A DNA stretch of 63,786 nucleotides, the filler included, from Octopus bimaculoides (taxonomy: Eukaryota): assembly GCF_001194135.2 (NCBI RefSeq). It is 5 parts of 4 records of this genome, joined end to end, with 100 filler letters (N's around TTAATTAATTAA, not from the genome) between each part and the next. Parts side by side here need not be neighbours in the genome. Positions count along the whole stretch, not along the records: positions 43,667 to 60,143 come from NC_068984.1; positions 60,244 to 62,487 come from NC_068981.1; positions 62,588 to 63,786 come from NC_068981.1; 2 more parts are not named here. One strand, 5' to 3'. The translations under genes and the position numbers were made by a program. Positions 51,953-63,786 of this stretch are shown one piece after another (position 1 is the first letter of the stretch; each line of letters opens with the position of its first letter). The notes beneath the pieces are model-generated. The model saw only the letters and a program-made list of their open reading frames with translations, was not told where the DNA came from and searched no databases.

Positions 51953-52579
51953 AGACGTCAATCATAAACAACTTTAGAAGATATATTTCTGAGAGGCGGG
52001 CGAGTAACAATAACAACAACAAGATCAGTATTATTAGCAAGAGAATTCTGAAGAAACGAAACAATATTTGTTTTGAAAATATAAACAACAACAACAAAAA
52101 CAACAACATCTAAAAAAAACATTAGATACATGGAAAACACAAACGAAACAAGCATCAAGAAATGAAGGAAGAAGATCTAGAAAAATAAAAGGGAAAAAGT
52201 GCATCACCATATTAGGAAAAAAAAAAAACAAGACCGTTGCGTAAACAGCACTACACAAGAAAAACATTTCACAAAACTCCAGTTACACACTAGAGTGATA
52301 CAACAACATTTACAATAACAATTACAAGTTGTAGTGAGTAAAAACACAAAAGAATGTAGATGGAATAAATGCATTTTGAATGGTTGCTCTGTTGATTTCT
52401 CATTTCTGTTGTAATCCGGTATGAAATGTACACATTAAATGATGGGGGTTTTTGTAACATTATAGAAACCTAATTACGTCACTGTGTGATAGAGAGATGG
52501 ATTGATAGATGAATAAAGAGGTAGACAGGTAAATAGACACACACGTTCACACACATAAACATACATACATACATACACA

Positions 52580-52619
<40 letters not shown>

Positions 52620-53273
52620 CATATATACTGAGAGAGAGAGAAAGAAAGAGGAGGGAGAGAAAAATAGGCTGCCAGACTCACAAACTATACATAGAGAAAG
52701 AGAGAGAGAGATAGTGACACAGAGAGGTAGAAGGGGCTAGGAGAGAATTAGGGAGAGAGAGAGAGAGAGACATAAAGAGAGAAGAAGTAGAGGACAAGAA
52801 GATACCAGCGAGAAAACGGGAAATGATAAACCGAGAGAACTGGAGAGAGAGAGGGAGGAAGAGAGAGGGGGGAGGAAGAGAGAAAGATAGAAGGAGAGAG
52901 AAAAAGGAGAAAGAGATAGGGAGAAATATTGAGAGACAGAAATGAGGAATATTGATGGTCGTGGAGGAAGAGGATGAGAGAAAAAGTTGAAGAATAAAAA
53001 TTTAAGTGTTTGGGGTGGTACACGGAAATAGGTATGTGGGTGAGAAGTAAGAATCAGATAGATTTTATTGAAGTGAAATTGAAGTATACAAACCGTAAGA
53101 TGTAATCAAAGGGACTTAAGGAAAAGTTTGATGAAAGCCCAGAAAAAAATCTGTAGGGGAATTGAGTGTATGAATTGAAGATTGATAAAATAAATGGTTT
53201 ATGAAATGTGAAAATGAATGCTCCAAATATCTGTAAATGTCAAAAAGGTAGAAGTGAATAAAGAATACAAAAT

Positions 53274-53828
53274 GGCGGCGAGCTGGCAGAAACGTTAGCT
53301 CGCTGGGCGAGATATTTCGTGTGTGTTTACGTTCGGAGTTCAAATTCCACCGAGGTCGACTTTGCCTTTCGTCGATAAATTAAGTACCGGTTGCGTATTG
53401 GGGTCACTCTAATCGACTAGCCCCCTCCCCAAAAATTTCGGGCCTTGTACCTAGAGTAGAAAAGAATATTTTTCAAGTCGGCGAGCTGGCAGGAACGTTA
53501 ACATGCCGGGCGAAATGCTTAGCGGTATTTCGTCTGTCTTTACGTACTGGGGCTGATTTAATCACATGTCTTTACGTACTGGGGTCGATCTAATCGACTT
53601 GCCCCCTCTCCCAAAATTTCAGGACTTGTGCATATAATAGAATTAAGAATCTTTAGCGCGCTGGACGAAATGCTGAGCATTATTTCGCTCGACGCTACGT
53701 TCTGAATTCAAATTCCACCGAGGTCGACTTTGCCTTTCATCCTTTCGGTGTCGATACTGGAGTCGATCTAAACGACTGGCCCCTCCCTCCATATTTCGGG
53801 GCCTTGTACCTAGAGTAGAAAAGAATTA
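53274..53828 (+). mobile_element. Three S2 SINE copies in direct tandem
   Basis: Heads at ~53274, ~53478, ~53655; first and third end ccttgtacctagagtagaaaagaat; the middle copy has an internal deletion and a duplicated tctttacgtactgggg. Confidence 0.8.
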
Positions 53829-54140
53829 GGAATATAAAAAGAGAAGAGGAAGCCTCTTTGTGGTTATAGAGATGCAGGAAATGAAAGCCAAATACCCCTG
53901 AAATAACACCCTGCTGCATGTATACTCTTTTACTTGTCAGTCATTTGGCTGCGGTCAGGCTGGAACAGTGCTTTTAGTCGAACAATTCGACCCCAGGACT
54001 TATTCTTTGTAAGCCTAGTACTTATTCTATTGGTCTTTTTTGTCGAACCGCTAATTTACAAGGGCGTAAACACACTAGCATTGGTTGGCAAGCGAAGGTT
54101 GGGGGACAAACGTAGACGCACAAACATATACATTTATATA

Positions 54141-54171
<31 letters not shown>

Positions 54172-54799
54172 NNNNNNNNNNNNNNNNNNNNNNNNNNNNN
54201 NNNNNNNNNNNNNNNNNNNNNNNNNNNNNNNNNNNNNNNNNNNNNNNNNNNNNNNNNNNNNNNNNNNNNNNNNNNNNNNNNNNNNNNNNNNNNNNNNNNN
54301 NNNNNNNNNNNNNNNNNNNNNNNNNNNNNNNNNNNNNNNNNNNNNNNNNNNNNNNNNNNNNNNNNNNNNNNNNNNNNNNNNNNNNNNNNNNNNNNNNNNN
54401 NNNNNNNNNNNNNNNNNNNNNNNNNNNNNNNNNNNNNNNNNNNNNNNNNNNNNNNNNNNNNNNNNNNNNNNNNNNNNNNNNNNNNNNNNNNNNNNNNNNN
54501 NNNNNNNNNNNNNNNNNNNNNNNNNNNNNNNNNNNNNNNNNNNNNNNNNNNNNNNNNNNNNNNNNNNNNNNNNNNNNNNNNNNNNNNNNNNNNNNNNNNN
54601 NNNNNNNNNNNNNNNNNNNNNNNNNNNNNNNNNNNNNNNNNNNNNNNNNNNNNNNNNNNNNNNNNNNNNNNNNNNNNNNNNNNNNNNNNNNNNNNNNNNN
54701 NNNNNNNNNNNNNNNNNNNNNNNNNNNNNNTTTGCTCCGTGAATTTTAAACTATGTTAAATCATTTTTATTTTGAATATCCTTTATTTTGAAGCTCATG

Positions 54800-55075
54800 A
54801 ATTCATCTGTGGATTTAGTAGACGGAAACTGAAAGAACCCTGTCGTATATATGTATGTGTGTGTATATGTTTGTGTGTCTGTGCTTGTCCCCCAACATCG
54901 CTTGACAACCGATGCTGGTGTGTTTACGTCCCCGTAACTTAGCGGTTCGGCCAAAGAGCTCAATAGAATAAGTACTAGGCTTACAAAAAATAAGTCCTGG
55001 GGTCGATTTGCTCGATTAAAGTCGGTGCCCCAGGATGGCCGCAGTCAAATGACTGAAACAAGTAAAAGAGTAAAA
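54800..55075 (+). mobile_element. SINE S1, 5-prime truncated
   Basis: gtggatttagtagacggaaactgaaag...(TA/TG)n...gactgaaacaagtaaaagag. Confidence 0.8.
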
Positions 55076-56520
55076 TATTAAAAGAGAGTGAACTCCGCTA
55101 AATACAGATTGTAAAACCTGGTGAGAGGTGAAGTCAAATAGACTATCGTAGGATTTGATTTTCAGAACGTAAAGAGCTGAAACAAACACGACAATGCATC
55201 CAGTCCGAGATTAGTATTGCTACAAACCGATTCCCTCCGTTGATGATTTTTCATCGAACCCCTATATATTGAAGTTGACCTCGGAGGGATTTGATTTCCG
55301 AGCGAGAATAAGGAATCGGGACAAATACTGAGAAACATTCTAGATGAAACTCTTACGATTCTACCAATTTGTTCCCTAAATAATATCGGTTTTATATACA
55401 AAACAACATAGACCATAAGAATAGATAAGAATTGAAATATTAATAAAGCCTCACAATGAGTGAAATAACAATGTAAACACTAGGTAGTGAGAAATGCTCT
55501 CATCAGAAATAATACAATCCCCTCTTGTTCTTTCGACCCAATGAACTTTAAGTTCGGATAACATCAGTAATATATTTAGCGCATGATTAAAGTACCAATG
55601 TAACTTAAGAGAAATACATAAGAGAATGAACCAAGAATAGTGAAACAAAAACAGTGTAAAATATTTTCATACTTTCTCTTATTCATGACAACGAACTTAA
55701 GAGCATCACTGTCAATGCGGGGCTATTTTGAGCCCCTGGACATCATCCAGTTTGTAAAAGTAGCTGCATTCTTCCTTTTGTGCAGACTAAATTTAATGGT
55801 CCGCTTCACTGGGTAAATTCGTCCTCAACTCAGAGGGAATGACAAGCAAAAGTAATAGATGTTGGTGTGATGTGGACATTGAAGTATCAATTAGTTACGG
55901 TGGTAATGTTCCCTGTTACACAGATCTCTTTGCCTCACTTCACAAACAAATAATCAGGCACAGAGAAAGACTCTTCCCCCAAGAACGCACTCATATATAA
56001 TCTGAAAAAACACATAATCTTGCAGTGTCTTGGCAATAATTGTCGACGCCTGATTGATCAAAAAAGTGGAAATGCCTGATTTGGTTTCTTTCGTCGCTGC
56101 TTTGATGATCTATTCAAAAAAGAAAAGAAAAAAGAAAAAGAATAGAAAGGAAAAAACAAAAAGAAAAAAGATAGAAGGAAATGAAAAAAGATGTTTGAAT
56201 CAAAAACTAAAGTTTTTAACTATAGAAAAAGAAAGGAAAATTTACAAAGAAAGTAAAAAAGAAACTCCTGTCACAAAACTCAAATTCCTCCCACACACAT
56301 AAAGACACACAGACACACATATTTATATTCATCGTAAACACAGATAAGCTAACAACTGTGAACATGCACACATGCATAAGTGTGTGTACGCGCATGTATT
56401 TGATATCTTTTTTTCAGATAATCATCACTTGAACTCAACAATTCTTTTATGTCTATCTCTCTCTTTCTCACACACTCTCTCTCTCTCCACAAACACTCTC
56501 TCTCCTCCTCTCTCTCCTCT

Positions 56521-56631
<111 letters not shown>

Positions 56632-57274
56632 ATATTATATATATAGAGAGAGAGATAGATAGATATACATGTGTGTATGTTCGTATGTATGTATGCATGT
56701 ATGTATGTATGTATGCACGTAGGTATGTACGTAGATATGTATGCACGTAGGTATGCACGTAGATATGTAAGTATGTATATTTGGAGTTCATGTTGGGTTT
56801 GAAAGAACATTGTTAAGTGCCTTAAATAGAAGAACTAAAATGAAGAAGATACAGGTTCACATTATTTAATCAAAAACCTTGAGTTAGACCAATAGTATTC
56901 ATAAAAACATATCATGTTACGTTAGATAACTAAAATAACTAGAACATACATCTTTCACGGAAGTTTTTTTTTTTTTCAATATTCCGATTGCAAATATAGT
57001 TGATCACAGTAATTTGGGAAATGATTTTTATTTTGGTGTCCAATTTTTAAACGAAACGTAAACAAGCTCTTTTTCCTGTCTCTCAAATAACTCTCGGAGT
57101 ATATTTATATGATAAAAATCGAGGCCATGTCTTTACACTCACACGTAGTGAATATCTTTGAATGTTTGTCTACATTTTTGGAATTCAGACTATATCCTAA
57201 TGATTTCCATGAAACAGTTATCTTGAATCAGCTGCGAAAATTGGACATTTTTTTATAATGATACACTTCAGATG

Positions 57275-57497
57275 CAATACTCCCTCGAATATCGTGGGTG
57301 TTACGTTCCAAAAACCCCCGCGATAGATGAAAATCCGCGAAATAGGAACAGTACTGTACTGTATATATTTTTTATTAATTTTAAAAATTGTATATATTTA
57401 TTTTATTACAAATGGAATATAACACCACGGAAGAATTAGCGTAAGCTTAAATAATAAACCACGACAGGTGAACCGCAATATGGCGCGGGGGTCACTG
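57275..57497. mobile_element. Tigger-type MITE
   Basis: Left caatactccctcgaatatcgtggg; right ccgcaatatggcgcgggggtcactg followed by TA; AT-rich interior. Confidence 0.7.
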
Positions 57498-58365
57498 TAT
57501 TTGAAAACTCACAACATCAACCTCAGACGACGTTGAGATTTTTTTTATATATTAGATAGGCTTCTTAAAATATTATCTCGGGTTTATGCTTAAGATAATC
57601 CAATGACTGTAAATTATATTATCAACACTGAAAAATTCACGAGTGTCTTTTCTAACAGAAATCTAATTCACCTGGCCTCCATGTTTAATGGATTCATCTG
57701 AGTATCATTATCACGAATGGAAATATGAAACCTAATGTCGACCACTCTAATAACTGAACATCACGTAAGTATATNNNNNNNNNNCTATATAATTAGATGT
57801 ATAGGCGTCAAAAGGTAAATTTACGTTTATATCGAACTGTATTGCTAACAACGTATTTAAACGCCGATAAGTCATTGCAATCCAATAATTAAGATTAGCT
57901 CAAACAATCGTTTGAAAAGCAGAAAAGCATTACTTTCATATATATACTTCATAATTTAATTATTCTCCACACTTCTTTCAAGGGCATAAAGTATCATTAT
58001 CTACATCATTAAAGAATTAAAGCAGAAGTAATAAATTAATTTAAGAAGAATGTGTTCCTTATGTTTTGTGGTGGTGAACCGGTAATCACTGCTTCCAAAT
58101 TATGGTTTCGTGATTAAATATTCTTCTACTCCTGAAGATGTGGTAGACACATCTTTTTTTCAAAATTAGCTGAATTATTAATTATGTATATTAATTAACT
58201 AATTATATAAATAATGATGCTCTATAGCATTGAAACTATTGTGCAAATCTATTAATTTATGCGAAATTTGTGTTTTCTAAATTCTGCTTTATACAAAGGC
58301 GTAATACATAATTTGTATTAATTATTATCTATATATGTATTTATGTATATGTATGAATATACGTG

Positions 58366-58402
<37 letters not shown>

Positions 58403-59965
58403 NNNNNNNNNNNNNNNNNNNNNNNNNNNNNNNNNNNNNNNNNNNNNNNNNNNNNNNNNNNNNNNNNNNNNNNNNNNNNNNNNNNNNNNNNNNNNNNNNN
58501 NNNNNNNNNNNNNNNNNNNNNNNNNNNNNNNNNNNNNNNNNNNNNNNNNNNNNNNNNNNNNNNNNNNNNNNNNNNNNNNNNNNNNNNNNNNNNNNNNNNN
58601 NNNNNNNNNNNNNNNNATCCAGAGGTAATGCAGTACGAACGTTTCAAGCGACTCCATTTAATTGAACAATGTAAACATTACCTCAAATACAAAATGTAGA
58701 GCAATCTTCAGCTGCAAAAATACATAGAAATTTAGAAATTTAATGAAATTAAATTTGGACAGAAGGACATATTTTTATAATTAACTCACCAAGTAGAAAG
58801 GAGGAAAACAAAAAAAAAAACTCACCAAGTAGAAAGGAGGAATACAAAAAAACATTTTGACTTAGCCAGACCATACAGGCTAGTAAAGAAACATTCTAAG
58901 CAGATTTTAACTATCACTGATTCTATTTGTTTCTTTTGGGTTCTGCTTTATGGACAATCTTATCAGACCTAGAGAATCAAAGCTTAAGAGAACAATGGCA
59001 TTTTCTTTTTAGGGTAAGGGGTAAACAGTATAGACAGTAAACTTGGATGATATAGTTATAAAATTTCTTAGGGTTTGGTGACAAACTACAATAGGGGGGA
59101 TTCTCTACTAGCAGACCAGTTTATAATGAAACAGGGGAATTCTTATCGTATATTAAAATAAAGTTGCTATATTGTTTGCAGATACAGTAAATGGTTATTC
59201 ATAGTTTTCATTAATAAGAATAATATATCAGTATTGTTTTAACATGTGCTAAGTTTGAAATACTTTAGATACTAATATTTGCTTAATTAATATGTGAATA
59301 AATAAAGGCTAATTATAAATTAATAATGAAATAAAATGAAATAGTGTACATTAATGTAAATAATCAATTAAGGCTGTATACAAAAACAATGAAATTGCAT
59401 TAATTTAAAATGCTATGGTAAAGTACATTTAGACTGATTTACACCAATATAAAAAAAAAACCATAGATAAGATGTGAAATTAAAATTTTTATGTATTTTG
59501 GACTAGAATTTTAAAATTAAACTTAAATATCTGATATCATTAAAAAACAAATTTATTATACAGTTAATATAAAGAATTGGTACACTGGATTTACATGGTA
59601 TATAATGATGGACTCATCAAGGTTTAAGAAACTGATAAAATTAATGATTGGAATAAACATAGTATATAATGGTGAACTAAACTATTATTAGAGAACATGA
59701 TAATTATGTACTAATTTAATTAGATTGTACTGTCTTAAATTATCAGGAACTGGTATTAACTAACATATGTAACCCCAGGGCTTATTCTTTGTAAGTGTAG
59801 TACTTGTTCTAGCAGTTTCTTTTGCCAAACCGCTAAGTTTCGGGGATGTAAACACACCAACATCGGTTGTCAAACGATGGTGGGTGAACAAACACAGACA
59901 CACAAACATACACACACATGCATACGCATACATGCATACACTCGCACACACACACATACGCAGTC

Positions 59966-60011
59966 AAAACTGTCTGACGAACAGGAATGTGAAACTCTGA
60001 GTAGCAGTTTT
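59966..60011 (+). ncRNA. Intact type I hammerhead ribozyme (family C)
   Basis: AAAACUGU-CUGACGA-ACA-GGAA-UGU-GAAA-CU-CUG-A-GUA^GCAGUUUU: 8-bp stem I (one GU), 3-bp stem II with GNRA loop, closed stem III, all conserved core bases present, GUA cleavage triplet. Confidence 0.85.
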
Positions 60012-60106
60012 TGTGATAGTTTTGTGATGTTTTTGCAGCTTTAATAATAGAGTACATATGTGTGTGCATGTGTGTGTATCTCTGTGCATGTGTATATATG
60101 TGTATA

Positions 60107-60143
<37 letters not shown>

Positions 60144-61257
60144 NNNNNNNNNNNNNNNNNNNNNNNNNNNNNNNNNNNNNNNNNNNNTTAATTAATTAAN
60201 NNNNNNNNNNNNNNNNNNNNNNNNNNNNNNNNNNNNNNNNNNNTGATACTAGGATACAATTTGATTGTTATTTCTAGCTGCTGGTGTGACCACGTAGTTG
60301 CTCTCTCTCTCTCTCTGTCTCGCTCCGGTGGTAGCCATCACTGTGCATATGTATATATATCTGTGTTTCTTTTTTTTTTAAAAAAATTATTTTAATTAAT
60401 ATTATATGAATTAATCTGCAGAAAGAAAAACAAGGTTAAAAGTTAGAAAACAAATAGCGATTTACTACTTCACAAGAGCAGCCGGTGAATGTATTAATTT
60501 GATTTCTTGTTCCAGACACGTGATTTTTGTTATTCTCTGCAGTGTCTGCATCCTGACTAAATAAAAATTCCCTCCTTGGCCTCTTGATCTACGTTTTCCT
60601 ATTCTGTCACGCTGTCTTCCATAAATAATTGTTATGCTCTACATGTGGTTTATATTTCTCGATAATTACTCCTTATTTGGAAACACTTGGTATTCTGGCA
60701 ATTTATTCACTGTAGGTAAAATTCAAATATTCACTAACGGGTATTTGTCTGGTACTAGGGCCACTGATTTGTTGTCGCTGGTTCGTCATTTTTTGGGGGA
60801 TAAGAATTATAATCGTAAAGCATTCTCGGATAGCTGTATTGCTACACAGCACAGCTAGAGGAAGTGATAATATCGTAAGGTGTCGAAACCGATGCGATCT
60901 TCTGTAAACGGCTGACGAAGGGCGTGTCTCTCTATAAAACCTGAGTGTAAAATATAGTTCAAGCCATGATTCCTTATTGATGTTGCTCACTTTTCTGGAA
61001 AAGACATCCCACTTCCATTTTCTGCCCAAAATATTGAGATGAATTGAAAATATCTATTGAAAAAAAAAAACAATATTCATTAAAGAACCAAGGATCAAAC
61101 ATTCATAATAACTGCGCAGCACTGGACTAAAACTATCGCCATATTTAATTGCAACATTTCAACCTCTGATTCGTTTATCGCCGGGGTTGATTTTTCTTTT
61201 GGTCTTTAAATCTTTTGGACAGCAACAAGTAAAGTATCAATGCTACAATAAGATTAA

Positions 61258-61555
61258 GGCGGTGAGCTGACAGAATCGTTAGCACCCCGGGCGAAATGCT
61301 TAACGGTATTTCGTCAGTCGCTACGCACTGAGTTCAAATTCCACCGAGATTGGCTTTGCCTTTCATCCTTTCGGGGTCAATAAATTAAGTACCAGTTGCA
61401 CATTGGAGTCGATCTAATCGACTGGCACCCTCTCCCAAAATTTCGAGCTTTCTACCTAGAGCAGAAAAGAATCCTTTCGAGGTCGATTAAATAAGTACCA
61501 GTTGAGTACTGGGACCCATGTAATCGACTTAATTGCTGGTCCCATAATTGCTGGT
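61258..61555 (+). mobile_element. SINE S2, full copy plus partial second tail
   Basis: ggcggtgagctgacagaatcgttagcacc...gcctttcatcctttcggggtcaataaattaagtacc. Confidence 0.8.
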
Positions 61556-62445
61556 CTTATTAAAATAAATGATTCTTCATCAAACTGTCAGAGGGGGCTA
61601 AGACGGTGGAAGCGACATATCTTCTGTACAGGTGTCCTCAGTGTTCTGTAGCATTTCTATTGATAAGCATATTTTCTTTGTTGAGCCAACGAAAGAACCT
61701 TCACATGATCATTAGACATGTTAGAAGCAGCAGCCAAAATTTCTCCAAAACACCACCTTTCTGTCTAACAACGAAGGATAATCAAAATGTAAATTTCTGG
61801 ATAGATTACTGCAAAATGAGATGAGATGATTTGAACGGAGCACTTCGACTACATATAGGCCTGGTGAACCAGACATGACAAGATGCTAACAACAACAACA
61901 ACAACAGCAACAGCAACAACAACAACAGCTACTGTTGTGATTGTGTAAAATCACAGAGAACATCTAAAATAAAGTCTTGGATACATTTCAGTAAAATGAG
62001 GGAGGATGGACATAGATAGACCGCTATGATCATAGATGAGTTTACACGATCAGACATGATGTGAAGCACAACAAAACAAAAACAACGGCGATGAAAACAG
62101 CTGCTCTTGTTGTTATTGTTCTGTAGAATCACCAAACGCACTTGTATCTTTCTAAATCTGCCCTTCCATATATATTTCTATTTTCCGTAATCTTCCCATG
62201 TGGTCCGAGCCGTAGAAACGAATCATAAACCAACAAGAGAGTTTCTTACTAAGAGAATTCCCAGGCGAGAACTGTCATCAAATTTACCCTCACACATCCC
62301 GATGTATATATATTTGACAAGTCACAATCTACACGTGTACGTTTTCCTTTGATTTCTCAGCCCTCTCCCTTACGTTGCTTATTTCTTCCTTGTACACCCT
62401 TTGTGTTCAGTTCTTTATGTATGTTCATACACATATATACACACG

Positions 62446-62487
<42 letters not shown>

Positions 62488-63710
62488 NNNNNNNNNNNNN
62501 NNNNNNNNNNNNNNNNNNNNNNNNNNNNNNNTTAATTAATTAANNNNNNNNNNNNNNNNNNNNNNNNNNNNNNNNNNNNNNNNNNNNAAAAAAAGGGGGG
62601 GGGGGGAAGAAAAATTGTAAAAAATTAGAAAGGTGACTTAAATATATATAATACATTTGTTCATTTAGAGACCAGGCTGACACATTGCTGCTCTAAAAGT
62701 GAAAGAATGGTGTGGGACGGGGAGATCTTTTGCTACTGCTTCTTTTAGTGTTCAGCTTAAGACGATGTCGCTATACTGCAAGGGTGGCGGTGGTGGTGCT
62801 GGGTCTTATACATTTAGTAGCTGTTTTTCTATAGATAACTTGAAATAATCTTTGTAGGTAGGTGTGGAGATGGCACTGCAATGCAAATATATTTCTTTCA
62901 CCAATTATTCAAGCAATTTCCCCAGCCGACTGAGAAGTTGACATATCGATTTCCCCTTTGTTAAATTTAATTAGTTTGTGCCGAAAGGATCATTCTGTTC
63001 TCTAGACAATATTGGTAACTCAATAGGTGATAATAACTAAGCACTAAATCTAAACATCTCTGTAATTCTATAGATGGACCAATGCCGTTATTTCACTGGC
63101 GTCTAAAATCTATTACACATATAATGTAAAATCGATTTCATGCACTAGCACAAGCCCTTCCATACTAGGGTTCAAAGGCAGTGGTGGCGGTGGTGGTGAT
63201 GCTGCTACTGCTGTGTGTGTATGTGTGAATATGTGTGTGTGTGTGATATTTTTTCGTTAAAGTGTGTCATTATGAAAGTCCCATGAGCCACAAATGGTCC
63301 ATAGCTGCTCTATACAACCGCTCGGTTGTAGTAGAAATTTCAGACACATCTTTCTCAAGTAATATCCTGTCGTCTTCAAAAAAGTGGGCACATTGTACAA
63401 AGAAGGGATGGCCATCGCTGGAACACCATTCCTCATAGATCTACATTGTCAATTCTGATCTGGGGCTAAGCAACATATTGAATTCTCACATTGAGATAAA
63501 AACATCAAATAATTCAAGCAACGGAATAAATTTTATGCCGTGAGAAAAGAAGAGAAAACTAACCTTTTGGATGCATGTCTTTCTTCAGACTTGGGTTGAT
63601 CCTTAGCTATGCTTCCTCGGATTTAGTCTTTTGAGCACTTGTTTCTCACAAAATTGTTAGTTATTTAAATGTAGCCTAATATCTAACATTAGAAACCAAA
63701 GCTGAATATT

Positions 63711-63714
<4 letters not shown>

Positions 63715-63786
<72 letters not shown>
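63715..63786. repeat. (CA)n microsatellite to the window end; representative of dozens of (TA)n, (CA)n, (CT)n, (TATG)n and (AAT)n tracts
   Basis: Directly visible. Confidence 0.95.

Noticed and set aside
51269-51961. 230-aa acidic ORF as a host protein
   Set aside because: Explained by trinucleotide repeats plus R4/Dong LINE fragments
60860-60945. Two HHR-like fragments (gtgataatatcgtaaggtgtcgaaac; ctgacgaagggc...aaaacctgagtg)
   Set aside because: Too many core and stem defects to call, although they may be very old pLTR remnants

Overview
AT-rich, microsatellite-dense, gapped eukaryotic draft-assembly sequence. The repeat content looks like Octopus or another coleoid cephalopod; this is inference from recalled SINE and RTE-tail motifs, not from a search. 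I can support no intact host gene, rRNA, true tRNA or CRISPR array. Most ORF-track entries run through microsatellites or N gaps. The window is a transposon graveyard: Penelope-like (PLE) RT/GIY-YIG remnants, L1/Tx1, RTE and R4/Dong LINE remnants, mariner, Tigger, piggyBac and hAT derivatives, and at least three abundant tRNA-derived SINE families. The least expected signal is about ten hammerhead-ribozyme (HHR) motifs from roughly four short repeat families. One has a fully intact core (59966-60011). Two minimal HHRs sit in a near-perfect 564-bp head-to-head palindrome of a tRNA-headed SINE (6575-7138) bracketed by a single 12-bp target-site duplication, a candidate ribozyme-bearing SINE mobilised by PLEs. 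All protein and ribozyme assignments come from manual translation and manual base pairing.
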